Notes under the pieces: model-generated | What the model saw: the letters and a program-made list of their open reading frames with translations, nothing else | Database searches by the model: none | Told to the model about the DNA's origin: nothing | Shown: in pieces, positions 38,726 to 52,518 of the stretch | How positions within the stretch are numbered: position 1 is the first letter of the stretch | Layout: the number at the start of each line of letters is the position of its first letter | Program-made: the position numbers and the translations under genes | Assembly (NCBI RefSeq): GCF_018977255.1 | Contig: NW_024704743.1 | Location: 56,360,001-56,424,000 of the forward strand | DNA: 64,000 bases | Source of the DNA: Callorhinchus milii | Lineage: Eukaryota | Direction of reading: 5' to 3'

Positions 38726-40324
38726 TCTAAACGATGAAACTTGGCAACAGCCTGAGGGCAGAAAATATTCATGTAACTTCTTCAGTATTTTGCAAAGTAA
38801 ATGTATGAGGATTTGGGTATGGTTTTTCTTTTGATCGCTGTTGCTATTGCATCATTTTTTTTAAAAAAAGGCCTCGAAAATAGAGATTTTCAAATCAAAA
38901 TCATTTGTGTTATAATTCTTGCAAGAAATCTAAGCGTTTCTTTATTCGGGGGCCCTTTAATTAGGTGTTTAGGGAATTGGTGTATGGTTCAAATAGCCGG
39001 GTGTGGTGACTTGTAGGATATGTAGAGTCTCACCTGATTTTAGAACAAGCCATTATCAGTAATGAGTCTCATGCGACTGTCTCATTTTAGACTTCCTTAC
39101 GAGAGTTGGCAGATAATTTTGAAACAAACTTGTTGCCGAATGTTAGAGATCCAGTAGTTGGCTTGTAGCTGCCAATAATGTGGAGGAGACATTAACTCCA
39201 GTGTTGGTATGACAGATACCATCAGCGACAATTTATTCCACACAAAAAGTGATGGACTCACAGAATCCTGTTAAGCATGTAGGAAACGTGCTGGTGAAAA
39301 GTAGTTTAAAGTAGTATCTTCAGGGTGCTGTGGCAGAATACAATATACATTTATATAGTACCTTTCACATCAGGGCGATATCTGAAATTGCTTCACGTTG
39401 CTGTGTTGAAACTGAGCTTGGGGGATGTAGGGGATGAAGAGTGTGGGGAGGGGAAAGATGATTGAAAGTGGAGTCTCAAACGAGCTTTGATCGGGGAGGG
39501 GAAGATGGGGCAAACCTCATAATTCTCATATCCATTTGCCACCTATTTTTTTTCCTGCATAATGTGATTATTACCCAATCTTAAAAAAAGGAGGGAAAAT
39601 GGGTTGGTTGTGTAGAAACGTGAAGACAAAATTGCTCAGTGAATTAAAATGGTAAATTGGATCAAGTTATTCAATGCATTGAAAACCGAAGGATTTCTTT
39701 AGCTGCTTTCATGAAACTGTCTGATTTCAGGTGGTTTAGAGTTTTGTGAATGAGCCCCTTTTAATATCAGTAAATGCACCGTTTACATAGAGCTTATTCT
39801 TGGGTGTGATCCTGTCTCGATTTCTTTTCTGCAGTTTCCTAGGACTTGAAATCTTAATTGAAATTTAGAAAATAAACTGATTAAAACCAGACTGCAAAGG
39901 TGATGACAGCCTGTGACTTATTACTATGTTAGTGTTAGGAAGCATATGTGCTTGGCTTGAGGCTGCTCAGTATAGTTGCTTCACTACAGTGTAGTGCCAT
40001 GTGAAGAGGTTTTTATTTTCATTGCCCTGGCTAAAGAACTGTTGACTAGGACAATGGCCGATAACATTGGCCATTATTTCATGGCTGTTTGATGGATGTT
40101 GCTGTGGGCCAATTGTCTGTTGCACCTGCCAACAAATCCACAGTCACTACGCTTTACAGGAATGCTTTGAATTGTTTTGATATGACAGGTGCTTCGTCAA
40201 GTGCAAGGATTTGTTTTTAAGCAATAAAAGATATGCTATGAATTTGGGATCTCAGGACTAATTCCCCCGATTGGTATTACATTTACTGACTCTGCTAGCC
40301 CATCTCTATCAGCCAGACTGGTGT

Positions 40325-41300
40325 CAACAACAACAAAATTACATTTGTATAGTGCCTTTCGCTGCACAGACAGAGTTACGGACCTGAGCTGAGGGTCGGG
40401 GTGGGGGAGGGCAGGGGGGGAGGCAGGGAGATCAAAAGCATGGTCAAAGAGGAGGGTCTTGAGGTGGGTCTTGAAATGGCGAGGGAGGGGGCTAGGCTGA
40501 GAGATTGCAGGATGTAGTTTCAGAGGGTGGGGCAGAGTGGCGGAAGGCCCACCCGCCGATAGTGGGGCGAGCAAGGTGGGGGATGTGAAGCAGGCTGGAG
40601 ACCGCTGAGTGGAGGGAGCAAACTGTGGTAGGGGGTTAAGAGGTCGGAGTGGTAGTGGGGAGCAAGACCGTGGAGGGCTTTGAAGGTGAAGATCATGATT
40701 TTGAACTGTATACTCTGTGTGATGGGAAGCCAGTGGAATTGGGCAAGGTTGGGGGTGATAGGGACACAGAGTATGGGAGAAGACATGGGCTGCAGAGTTC
40801 TGGATGATCTGCAGCCTATGGAGGGAGGAGTTGGGGAGGCGGACAACCAATGAGTTTGTAATGAAGGCGCATGTAATGAAGGGTGTATGAGGGTTTAGGC
40901 GGCCTGCAGTGTGAGACAGTGTCTGATCCAGGTGACGTTGCGGAGGTGGGGGAAGGCATAGTGGGTCGTGGCACAGATGTGGGTTAGAAAGGATAGTTGA
41001 GGGTCAAGCAAGACCACAAGATTCCGGACTGGCTTAGCAAGGTGGAGTGCGCAACCATGGATGGTGATGCTGTCAGCGCCTGAGGTGTGGAGGCGCTGAC
41101 GGGAGCCAATCAGGAGAGCCTCGGTCTTGTTGACGTTCAACTGAAGAAAGTTAGCTCTCATCCAGGACTTGATGTCTAATAGACACTCTGTCAGGACAGC
41201 AGTGGGTGGAGGCAGAGAGGTACAGTTGCGTGTCATCCGCATACATGTGGAGGTTGACCCCATGTATGCGAATGATGTCACCAAGAGGGAGCATATAGAT
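40325..41300 (-). mobile_element. L2 LINE, 5'-truncated RT C-terminal half plus 3' end
   Basis: Minus strand [61 protein letters not shown]; closely similar to 17395-18511. Confidence 0.95.
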
Positions 41301-41472
41301 GTGTCTCTTTCTAATGCGATTGGAGTAAGGGAAGCCCAGGCTCAGAGAATGGAACTAAGAAAAATGAATATTGGTTGGGAGGAAGGTTTCACTGGTAGCT
41401 CACTGGGCTGCAAGCAGCAAAAGAGAATGGAAGCTGGAGGCCAGACAGTGTGTTTTTGTATGGAGTATTTTA

Positions 41473-41512
41473 TTATATATATATATGTTTGTGTGTGTGA
41501 TATATATATCAA
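41473..41512. repeat. Compound (TA)n/(TG)n microsatellite
   Basis: tatatatatatatgtttgtgtgtgtgatatatatat. Confidence 0.7.
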
Positions 41513-42715
41513 ATATAAGTTGCTTATATCAGTGTAAATCAGTCAGCTGAAGTATTGCAGTTTACCCACTCCTCCCAAAACAAGTTGCAGGTATTGCAAA
41601 AAGCAACTTCCAACGTCATGAGCTTGCTTCTCTCTTCTCAAGCCATTCTCAGTGTATTACGGGCTTAGTGTCAACTTGCGCTCCTTGGTGTTTCAGTGTA
41701 AAAGTAGCTGAAGGGGTGCAAATTCTTGTGGGAGATGTATCTGAACTAAAATACTGCTCTTAGGCTTAGTTGAGGAAGGGCAGGAGGAGGTTCATGTGCA
41801 ACATAAACTCTGGCATAGACCAGTTGGGCTGAATGGCCTGTTTCTGTGCTGTATATTCTATGTAATTCTATGTAAGAACCAAATGTTAAAATGAATTTAT
41901 TTGACTTATCATTAATTGTCATTCATGGCAAATGTTTTTAAAAGAAAAAACTGCAGAAGTACTAATCCATGTTAGTATCCTCATTAGCACTAATTTCTAT
42001 ATTTTAAAGTATTGACCCACTTGCTTGCAAAGCTATTGCTCTAAGGGCTACGTGGAGTGCTATTTACATTTATACAGTGCCTTTCACATCAGGAGGACAT
42101 CTCAAAGCACTTTGCAGGAATATGAAACCCTGTCACTGCTGATTATATGAAATCCACACTTCAGTGTCATTTTGTTGCAATAAAATCTGAAGCACGAGGG
42201 CTAGATATTCCTTTACATCACAGATGCAGCATTTTTGGCTATTTTGTTTTCCAGTCGTTTTTTTTACTAAATTGAATTGGAATTTTGCACCTTTTATTGC
42301 TGTCTTGTCCATTTCTGTGTTATTCTCAAGTCGTCTTAAGTTTCCTATTAAGAGCATTTGACAATCTGTTAATGGTCCTTTCATTCACTGCCTCTTACAG
42401 TATCCCACTTTTTTTTAACTCTGTAATGGTCTGTGACTCCCCAGGCTCCAATCTAACCATTCCACGTTCATTGAAGGCTTACATTCAAACTGTTAACCAA
42501 TTTTCCCTATTTTGCTGTAGATGTTGATCATTTTTATTTCACTATGGGCAGCGTTTTGTTTTAATTTGCTAGTATTTGCTTGAAATCTTCAGATATTTTG
42601 TGAGAAACTGCTTAATTTTCTTCTTTGTTATGATGAGATACTGCAACATCAAGTGGTGCTTCTCTGGAAATATAGAATGTGCAGCAGAGACATGTTGAAT
42701 GTCATCATAAATAAG

Positions 42716-43082
42716 TGTAGGCTGACACTCTAATACATTGCTGAGGGTAAGCTGTATTGTCAGAGGTGCTATCCTTCGTATAGAGACATTAAACCGGCTC
42801 GTCTGACTGTTCAAGTAGATGTGAAAGATCCATGACAATGTGAAAAGAGAATGGAGTTTTTCTAAGTGTCTGTCCTGACCATCATGTTCCCAGCCAATTT
42901 GGACATAGCAATAACAGCTTACTTCATAGTGGTTTGTGGGACATTGCTGTGCACAAATTGGCTGCCATGATTGCCTACAAAATACACATTCACTACATTT
43001 TATGCACAAATCCTATGAAGCACTTTAAGATGTCCTCCTGATGTGAGAGGTGTTATGTCAAATGCAAGGATTATTATTATTA
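42716..43082 (+). mobile_element. Long Deu-domain SINE, head missing
   Basis: taggctgacactc...gtcagaggtgct...aaagatccatgac...tttgtgggacattgctgtgcacaaattggctgcc...aaatgcaaggatt(att)n. Confidence 0.88.
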
Positions 43083-43764
43083 CTGTAATTGTAATATCTT
43101 TAGTGAACGAGTAAGGTGACTGCAAAATACACCTTTGGCAAAATGCATGCATTCACCCACCTATTCTGCAACATAATCTGTTAAAAAGAAAGCAGATATT
43201 CATCCCTGTTGGTAGAACCACTATTCTTATATTGTGGGTAGATGTGACCAATTACAGTATTAAGATGCTTTATTGTCTTATGAATAATTTCATTCTCTCA
43301 CCACAACCTTTGGGTATATGTATGTTTTTCACTCCTTTTTGCCATTAAAAAAAAGGAATCTTCTTTGATGCATCTTGGCTGATTACATTTGGGTTGTTGG
43401 GTGCTTATTTCACAGAATATTTTGTCACAGATTTGATATAATTAATAGATTTAAATTTTCACCCACAAAATACACGGTCACTGCACTTTGCAGTATATCC
43501 AGCTTTGAGAAGTCCTCTCGATGTGAAAGGCACTATCATATGTAAGGGAAGAGGTGAGGTGACAGTAGCCATGGTCAAGAAGAAAATGATCAGGTGTGAT
43601 CTAAAGAGGGCAAAGGTGGAAGATGCCCAGACTAGAGCAGAGGGAGGCTATGGCCTGGCCAGAAGAGAGCGAAGACAGAGTGCATTTTGTTGTTGTTGTT
43701 GATACTTGCTGCCACAACCACAAAATGCCATGCTACCTTTCATTACTCCCAATTTTCTCCTACC

Positions 43765-44475
43765 TAATGGTGGGCTGGCAAGGTGGAGGACATGAAGCAG
43801 GCCAGAGCCCGCTAAGGAGAGGAGTGGGCAGGTTGGTAGGGGTTTAGGAGGTCACAGAGGTAGGGGGTAGAAAGGCCATGGAGGGCTTTGACAGTGAAGA
43901 CCAGGATTTTGGACTGTATCCTCTGTGTGATGGGAAGCCAGTGGAGTCGGGCAAGGATGGGGGGTGATACGATCGCTGAGCCTGGTGCGAGAGAGAACAC
44001 GGGCTGTAGAGTTCTGGATGATCTGCAGACTATGGAGGGAGGAGTTGGGGAGGCCGACAAGCAGTGAGTTTGCGTAGTCGAGCCTGGATATTTTGAATGC
44101 ATGTATAAGGGTCTCGGTGACCTGCGGTCTGAGACAATGGCAGAGTCGGGCAATGTTGCGGAGGTGTGGGAAGGCAAAGCAGGATATGGCATGGATGTGG
44201 GGGAGAAAGGATAGTTGAGGGTCAAACAAGACACCAAGGTTCCGGACTGGTTCAGTGAGGTGGAGTGTGCATCCTTGGATGATGATGCTGTTAGCGCCTG
44301 AGGTGAGGAGGTGCTGACGGTAGCCATTCAGGAGAGCTTCGGTCTTATTGATATTCAACTGTAGAAAGTTGGCTCTCATCCAGGACTTGATGTTTGACAG
44401 GACAGTAGTGGTCCTGGAGTCAAGGGTTGATGCAGAAAGATACAGTTGGGTTTCATTCGCATGCATGTGGAGGTT
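43765..44475 (-). mobile_element. L2 LINE RT C-terminal fragment
   Basis: Minus ORF 43852-44466: HANETQLYLS ([15 protein letters not shown]), [38 protein letters not shown]. Confidence 0.95.
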
Positions 44476-44744
44476 TTAAGGGCGCCAAGACATAGTGGAA
44501 ATTGTTAAAAGCACAATGATTTGCAGACAGATTAGCTTTTTAATAATGGCCTTTCAAGATTTTTTATGATAAGTAAATTAAAATATTTCATCAAAAGTAG
44601 TGTAGCTTCTATTTTATGTACTGTTGATATCTTTCTGGCTGTGTCTTATGATGACATGAAGAGTGTACTACAGGAGTTAGGAGTAGATTATCATAGTTGC
44701 CAGAATTTGGCCTATCCCAATGAAAATGAGTAAGAAGAACTTGA

Positions 44745-45180
44745 AAGAATTTGGATCTGTATAGTATCTTATGTTAGTGTCTCAAAGCACTTTCCAATAA
44801 TTACTATTAAATTTAATGACTCTTTTTCTAGCCAAAGACAGCACCCATTATGCACACAGCAAGGTCCCCCAGTCATGAGGTGAATGATCAATTTATCTTT
44901 ACTATTGTGGACCAGAGCACTGAATTAAAACTATTTTCTCTTCTTGCATATCATAAGATGGAATAATAATACAGTCCTTCAGATGAGATGTTAAACCAAG
45001 ATCCCATCTACCAGTTTATGTTATATTCCACGACACTATTGAAAGATTGAAAGAGAAGGGAGTTTTCCTGGTGTCCAAGCCAACAATCGTCCAAATACAA
45101 TTGGCCATTCATTTCATGGCTATTTGTGAGACATCGCTGTGCACAATCATGATGTGATAGGTAGTATATCAAATGCAAGA
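44745..45180. mobile_element. Two degenerate Deu-domain SINE pieces in opposite orientation (about 44745-44940 on -, 44973-45180 on +)
   Basis: gcacacagcaaggtccc...tgaatgatcaattt on the left; ccttcagatgagatgttaaaccaag...aattggccattca...gctgtgcacaa on the right. Confidence 0.7.
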
Positions 45181-47328
45181 TACATCCAAGTTCTACAATG
45201 TTCCAGTAATATCCAGCAGTGATCTAGTGGGTAGGGTATGGTCACAGCAGAGATCCTTAGCTGTTTGACGAAGAATGCATTCATGGTTTAAGGAGACTGT
45301 TTCTCATTTGTATTCCTTTTTGTTTTTGGTCATGACCATCTGAATTTTTTTATGAACCAGTGGAAGAGTTGATTCTAAAGGTGAAACCTAAATGTATCTG
45401 AATCATTATCATCTAAACTAAGGAACAACACTTTTGTTTTTTTATTTTACTTTTGAAATAAAATGCAGATTTCACTGTCCTACTCTGCATTGTAAAATCC
45501 TACACACAAGATAAGTTTAATGTTTTTAAACTTTTGACCTAATTTTTTGAGCAGCTTTTCTGTCTGTTTTAAGATCATATCTTAATCTGTCCACATCCTG
45601 AAGATAGCAAGAAAAGTCTTTGAAATGCTGAGATCAAAGTTTTAAAAAAATTACTACTTCAGTGAATTTATCCTGTAACTGTAATACTCAACTTAGGAAA
45701 TCTAAATATGTGAAGAGTTTAACAATCACAATTGTCATTATATCATCATATCCATAGATGAAATTATTATTGGCCCTGCTTCCCTGTTGTTGATGAGCTA
45801 CTATATAATTTGTCTATAATACATGAAGGAAGCTTTTGTTGGAATAAAACAAGGACTCGCGAATGCCTGTGCAATAGTCTGTGAAATCCTGTGAGTTTCC
45901 TCTGGCAACTAACCAGAGGAAAATAATATCTTCTGCAATTCTTCACATGAGGACTATATCCTCTTGATTTTGTTACTTCATAATGTGGCTGAGAATGAGC
46001 AAGCTTCTTCCTCAGAATAGAAGGAGAAAATGTTAGAAGGTTAGTCCGTGCACTCTGGTCTCATAAACCTGCTGAAGGACTCTAGAGAGACATTGGCAGA
46101 TAATTGGCAATGACTTGCCTGGATACCTTCGTGCTCAATTGGATGCAAGTGGTACCCCAGCAGTAGATTCACACTGTGCTCCCTACTATTTTCACAGCAT
46201 TGGTGGGTCAGCAGTTGTCATTGTGCCAGTTTGCTGGTGTGTTGCAATTCCATTTGGAGGAGCAGTATTTTTCCATTATAAAATGACTTTAACTTGCACT
46301 TAATCTGTTAATTGAGAAAATATAATACTATTCCTTCATCAAAATTGTTTCAAAAGTTTCAAAATTGATTTCTTAATAAAGTTCATTCTTCCAAGGTCTT
46401 CTCAATATAATCTGTTACTAAAAAGGCTAAATCAGCATTTGAGTGTGCAGAATTTAGCAATTGTCAAATTCATTTTTAACTTTAAGACTTTTTCTGTAGC
46501 TAAAAAGAATGTGGTGAAAACAGCTTCAAAATAAAGACTATTACGAAATTTACAAATTCTGGACACACTGAAATACTACATTAATAGAGTAAGTCTGGAC
46601 CAGGTGGAATTTTTTCCTGCAGCTATTTAGATGGACTTGTAAAGTCTTAGAATTCATCGCCGATACAAATTTATTTAATTTATTTGGACCAATAGCGATT
46701 GGGCCAAATAACTATCAGTCAGTAGTTAAACAGACTCATTTTGCAAGATGGCTTTAGCCCAGTGTTGTCCATGAGATGTAGCTGATGCATATTAGTTGCC
46801 TAATTAATAGCTTACTACACATCAGAGTAACTCATTATGTGCAGTATGAAACATTTTAACCTGAAAGGCACTGTATCAAATCATATCTAATTTAATATTA
46901 TCTCCAAAGGTTATTGTTCTTTTGAAGGTAGGGCACCCAAATCTGCAATGTGTGGGTACTATTTCTAAGATACATCATCTTCTGCATTGATCCTTCACCT
47001 GGATTTCTCATTGAATAGTTTTTTTTTTAAATGTTGTCCAATGTTTATCCACTTTCTTTTCTAGACAATTAAGTATCAGCAAGATAGAACTATGGGAATC
47101 ATTTCAGGCAAGCCCCATCCTATCCCCAGTCATTGTGTGGGGTGGGGGGTAACATAAGTTGCACACAGGGAGAAAGTCAAAGGCAAAGAGCCTCAGACTC
47201 TGGGAGAGAGAGTTAGAGAGATGCGGTGAGATTAAAAAGTTAGGGAGCAGGAGGCTGGCACAGTTTGGTACTAAAATGACTTTATAACTGCTGATGGGGG
47301 AATATGTTAGAGCATATGTTAGAATATA

Positions 47329-47630
47329 TGGTTAGAGCACTCGCTTTGCACGTGAGAAACCTGAGTTCAATTCCAGGGAGGGCGAAACCTTGGGCAAGTT
47401 TCCTTACTCCACACGCCTAATAATAATCCCTCCAAAACAAAACAATAATAAATTGGTCATTTTCAATCTACGACTGTTTGTGGGACATTGCTGTGCGCAA
47501 TTGGCTGCCGCGTTCGCCCACAAATATACAGTCAATTCACTTTACAGTGTGTTCTGTGAAGCGCTTTGGGGCGTCCTCCCGACGTGAAAAGCGCGATATC
47601 AAATGCAAGGATTATTCATTATTTATTATT
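47329..47630 (+). mobile_element. tRNA(Ala)-like SINE, short form, slightly 5'-truncated
   Basis: tggttagagcactcgctttgcacgtgagaaacctgagttcaattcc...gcgtcctcccgacgtgaaaagcgcgatatcaaatgcaaggattatt. Confidence 0.93.
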
Positions 47631-48312
47631 AATATTTTGGTTAGCACTGTAGTCAATTTGTATTTTGAGTGAATACCTATTATCCTCACTGTTTCAGTAT
47701 CCACAATCAGTATGTACAATCAGCTCTCAGATTTCCTTGTTTCTCAACATTATGTTTCACCTTTTGCACTCAATTCAGGTAGTTAGTTACAATTTCTAAA
47801 ATATAAAAGAGTTTGAGAAGAAACTAAGTGTAATGGTTACGAATTATTACCAGTAATTTTTACCATATAGTCAAACATTGTAGCTGAGGGCAGTAAATAA
47901 TTAATAGGTTGGGGGAGGTGGTTGAGTCAGCAAGAATTGTGAAGTTCATTAATCCCACCTTCCAGAGAAGTGATTTTGAGTTTGTTTATCAGATGCTGTT
48001 CACCGTCAGCTGTGCAAAATTATTCCCCACGCGAAAGACGGTATATAAATGTCAATTTGTTGATGATGATGTGTGTGTTTGTTTGTTGTTTTGCTAAAAA
48101 GTAGCCAAAGTTGGCTAATTGTAAATGTTAGAAGCCACTTCCAATCATAATTGAGGAAGATAATATTGTACTTTTCACCAATATATTTTAAATTTGTAGA
48201 AGTGCACAGATGGCTGATTTAAAAACCCTGAAGGAATGAATAGGATAGAGATTATGAATCCAAAATAATATTTTCAGGTGCACCAAGCAAACAGCACAGG
48301 TTCAGGGTAGCC

Positions 48313-49068
48313 AACAACAACTTACATTTATACAGTGCCCTTCACATGGGGTAGCGTCTCAGAGCACTGAACAGTGGGCGAGTTTTATGGAGTTAGCAAA
48401 CAGCAATTTTAAGACTGCCCCAAGGGAGTGATAAACTGTGCACCAGGTGGGGCGGCCGGACGGGGGACATGAAGCAGGCCGGTGCCTGCTGAGAAGAAGC
48501 AGCGGACAGGTTGATAAGGTGTTAGCAGGTTGGAGAGGTAGGAGGGGCCAAGGCCATGGAGAGCCTTGAAGGTGAGGACGACAACAACAATCCTACAAAA
48601 TTACATTTATAGAGTGCCTTTCACGTCGGGAGGACGTCCCAAAGCACTGGACAAGAATTTTGAACTCGAGCCTTTGAGGGAGCCAGTGGAGCCGGATGAG
48701 GGTGGGTGTGATGTGGTCACAGAGGCTGGTGCAGGTGAGGACACGAGCTGCAGAGTTCTGGATGATCTGCATCTTGTGGAGGGAAGATTTGGGAAGGCTG
48801 ACAAGCAGGGAATTGGCAGAGTCAAGCCTGGTTGTAATGAAGACATGTATGAGGGTTGCAGTTGCCAGTGGGGTGAAGCAATGGCATTGTTAGGCAATAT
48901 GGCAGATTTGGGGTAAGGCAGAGCGGGTCATGGCACGAATGTGGAGGAGAAAGGACAGTTGAGGGTCAAACAAGACGCCCACGTTCCTGACTGACTTGGT
49001 GAAGTGGAATGTGCATTCTTGGATGGTGATGCCTACAGTGCGGGGGCATTGTCGCGAGCCAATCAGGA
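48313..49068 (-). mobile_element. L2 LINE 3' portion with a second L2 tail (about 48581-48652) nested in it
   Basis: ctgcagagttctggatgatctgc and ggacagttgagggtcaaacaagac are shared with the other L2 copies. acaacaacaatcc...gcctttcacgtcgggaggacgtcccaaagc interrupts ttgaaggtgaggac|aagaattttgaac. Confidence 0.88.
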
Positions 49069-50871
49069 GCCAATAATGTCAGTGAAAAGGAGCTGTGGGT
49101 ACCTAATAAAAACCTAGATGAAGATGTACATAATATAATGGAAGGAAGTTTTACAGTTCAACAGGCTCACAAGAAGATTCACACAGGTTTAATTGAAATT
49201 GTATTAAGCCTCACGTAAAATTTATATACATATTATATAGAAAATATAATATTTTTTCCCAAATGCATAGCTATTATTTGGTTTAATGTGTGATCATTAC
49301 ATCTACCGATTCATTATTTAATCAAATAAAGCATTGAACTGAATATTGCCAAATACAGTACTTTCCTGCCTTTTGCGGCCCCCATTATAAATTCTCCTAT
49401 TAATTGTTTTCTACGTGTTTATACAAAGCCGTTGATGTGCTGAGAATTGACAAGTAAATTACTTTGTGTGCTTTTACACTTCGGACAAATTATGCAGATA
49501 AGTAACTTGGCATTCTTGAAAGTAGAAGAGAAAAAAAACTGTGACACAATTCCAATTAATTTGTAACATTTAAATTAGTGATAAAAGATAAAAATTCAGT
49601 AACTAGTAATTAAATTTAAAATATTCAAAAGTGTCGTGTCTCAGTGTCTGAAGAATATTTAATTTCCATTTTTGTTCAGTACTCCATCTATAACAACCTG
49701 AAGCTTGACAGGTCTATTAATTTCAAGGCTCAGGGATACCTATTAGTACAAAACATGGAAAAATACCATTAATCATTTATTTTAATTTTGCATTTCTGTC
49801 ATTTTTGTAGCAGGTTATAGAATTGCAATGACACAATAATGTCCCTGGTCTAAATGTGTGAAAGAACACTTAGAACACAGCAATTAAGGCAGCCTCTGAA
49901 GTTCATTACTTCTGATTGCAATGATATAAAGTGATTAGATTTTGTACATTTTGATACAACTGTCCTTGAAAACAAATTAAAGTTATCATCTAATGGCTTT
50001 CTCACAAAGCAACATCTGCATTCGGCAGTATTGAAATGAACACAAGGCAGCAAATCCAAAGTAATGCTATCAATTTTCAAAAGGGGGGATGGGAGGAGAG
50101 AGTTTAGCCGCTGACATCCAATGCGTTCATTAGCCTTGCAGAGGTTGTTGGAACAGACACCATTGCACTTAGTAAACCAAAGATGTATGCATTGTTAATG
50201 CAAAAAGGAGTCATTTTAGATAAAAGGATGCAAACAAATTAAACTAAATTGCCCTTGAATGGCAATATTGGGGTCAGAAAGCAATGGTTTACAAACAGAT
50301 TCACTATTCCCGGGAAATCCACAATCTACTTCCCCGCACTTCAGAGCCAGGATCCTGTGAGTCAGCAGTGATGTACTGCAGGTCAATAGCAGGTCTCCCT
50401 GGTAGTGACTCTGTCACTTTTATTCCATCCCGTTACAAGCCACTGCTTTTCCAACCACTTATGACAATTGTACATCGGTATTCCCTGTTGACCTTGAATC
50501 TGGTTTCTGGCAATCTTGAAATCTGATGTATTGAATTTGAAAAAGCATATGGTTCTTTAAAGGCTCAGTGTTCAGTATGCTGAATGCTACTGAAATCATC
50601 ATTATCCTCAATAATACTTACAAATGTTCATTTTATTTTTAGATTGTGTCTCGGGCGATTTTCATTGTAGTTAGTGAAAATAAATTAATTCTCTTTGGAT
50701 AAAGAATACTTAGAACAAACGTTTAATGTGCTTCCTAGATAATCGGTGGCCTATACAAGTTTTGATCAGTTTGCACAGATCACACCGAGCATTCGTACAA
50801 GCAATTTGCCAATAACATCCCAATAAGCTGTGTAAAGAGCTTTGAGGCACCCTGATGATCTGAAATCATAC

Positions 50872-51028
50872 AATTTCATAGAATCATAGAATTATACAGA
50901 ATAGAAGGAGGCCATTCGGTCCATCATTTCTGTGCTGGCTCTTTGAAAAGAGCCATCCAAATCAATCCCACTCCCCCGCTCTCTCGCCATAGCCCTGCAA
51001 ACTTCCCAAAATAATTATCCCTAGGTTC
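50872..51028 (-). mobile_element. CR1 3' tail
   Basis: catagaatcatagaattatacagaatagaaggaggccattcggtccatc... Confidence 0.8.
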
Positions 51029-51029
51029 C

Positions 51030-51283
51030 TTGCACCCTCTGCTCCAACATCGGAGGTCGTGCTTCCAGCCACTGCACCCCAAAACTCTGGAACACTCCCT
51101 CAATCGCTCCACCTTGCTCCTTCTCTCTCCTTTTTCAAGTCCCACCTGAAAACTTTCCTCTTTGACCGTGCTTACGGCCACCTCCCCCTCCTCCCGGCTT
51201 GGTGTTAAGCTCCGCCAGTGTTAAGCGCTCTGAGATGCTACCCTGCTTGGAGGGCGCTATATAAGTGCAAGTTGTTGTTGTTG
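51030..51283 (+). mobile_element. L2 LINE 3' end
   Basis: Near-identical to 15545-15768; ends gggcgctatataagtgcaag(ttg)n. Confidence 0.88.
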
Positions 51284-52290
51284 CCTGGCTTGGTGAGGTG
51301 GAGTGTGTATCCGTGGATGCTGATGCTGCCAGGGTCAGTGCCTGCTGGTGAGAGCCAATCATGAGGGCCTCGGTCTTGCTGACGTTCAACTGTAGAAAGT
51401 TGGCTCTCATCCAGGACTTGATGTCTGACAGAGCTGATGTCTGACAGGCTACTGATTTCAGGACATCAGTGGTCCTGGAGTCACAGTTGGAGGAGAAAAA
51501 GTAGATTTGGATGTCGCCTGCATTCTGGTGGAAGTTGACCCCATGTTTGCAGACGACATCACTGAGAGGAAGCATGTAAATGAGAAAAAGGAGTGGAGCA
51601 AGGATAGAGCCTTGCGGTACACTGCAGGTGACTGTTTGGGGTGGGAGGAGAAACGGAGAAGTGATGGTGGTGGGTCAGGTTGAACTCAAAAAAGGAGGTT
51701 CTGCTGAAGTGGATGAGGGAGGAGAGGCAGTCAAGGAGGACGGAATGGCCGAGTATATTGAAGACAGCAGAGAGATACAGAAGGATAAGAAGCAGAGGGA
51801 GAAATGGTCACAGAAAAAGAATGTTATTTGTGACTGATGAGTGCTGTCTCAGTGCTGTGAGTCAGGTGGAAACTAGACTGGAGAGGCTTGAGTAGGGAGT
51901 GGAAAGAAAGGGGTGATCAAAGTTGGTTGAACTTTAGAAATAATTGCAAGTTTGAGATGGATCAATGGTTTGTGAAATCTGAAGGATCAAGGGTGGGCTT
52001 TTTGAGCAGGGGGTGATGACAGCGTTTTTTCAGAGGAAACAGAATGGTGCTGGATGGGAGGAACAGGTTGGCTGTGTCTGCCAGGAGGAGACAGAGATGA
52101 GGCAGTTGGATGATCAGCAGTTGGTGGGGTTCGAGATAACAGGTGAGTTTTATATGGATGGTGATGGTTGTGAGGGACAAGGGAGAAACGGGGGCAAAGG
52201 AATGTAGTACAGGGGCAGTGGTAGGAACAGGAGCAGAAGGGGATTGCATGAGACATGAAGGGGGGAACGGGGGAGGAAGAGGATCCAGTC
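51284..52290 (-). mobile_element. L2 LINE central RT fragment, degenerate
   Basis: Minus strand [50 protein letters not shown]. Confidence 0.9.
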
Positions 52291-52294
52291 ATTA

Positions 52295-52518
52295 TTGTGA
52301 GGTGTTAAGTCACTGCAGTTTACAATATATCTTGTGAAGAACTTCGAGACATCCTCCTGACATGAAACGTGTTATATCAAATGCAAAGATTTTTTTCATT
52401 AAGGTGTCATTCGCTCAAAAATATATAGTCAATTCACTTTGTAGTATATTCTGCGAAGCACTTTGAGACGTCTTGAAGACGTAATAAGGCGTTATATCAA
52501 AGAAAAGGATTATAATTC
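52295..52518 (+). mobile_element. Two tandem SINE 3' tails
   Basis: gtgaagaacttcgagacatcctcctgacatgaaacg...aaatgcaaagat, followed by agtcaattcacttt...aagcactttgagacgtcttgaagacgt...aaggattat. Confidence 0.75.

Noticed and set aside
40236..41284. Long minus-strand ORFs (204 aa, 129 aa; also 43852-44466) as host genes or intact retrotransposons
   Set aside because: They are frameshifted, 5'-truncated L2 ORF2 pieces; the catalytic YADD is degraded in some and no endonuclease domain is present.
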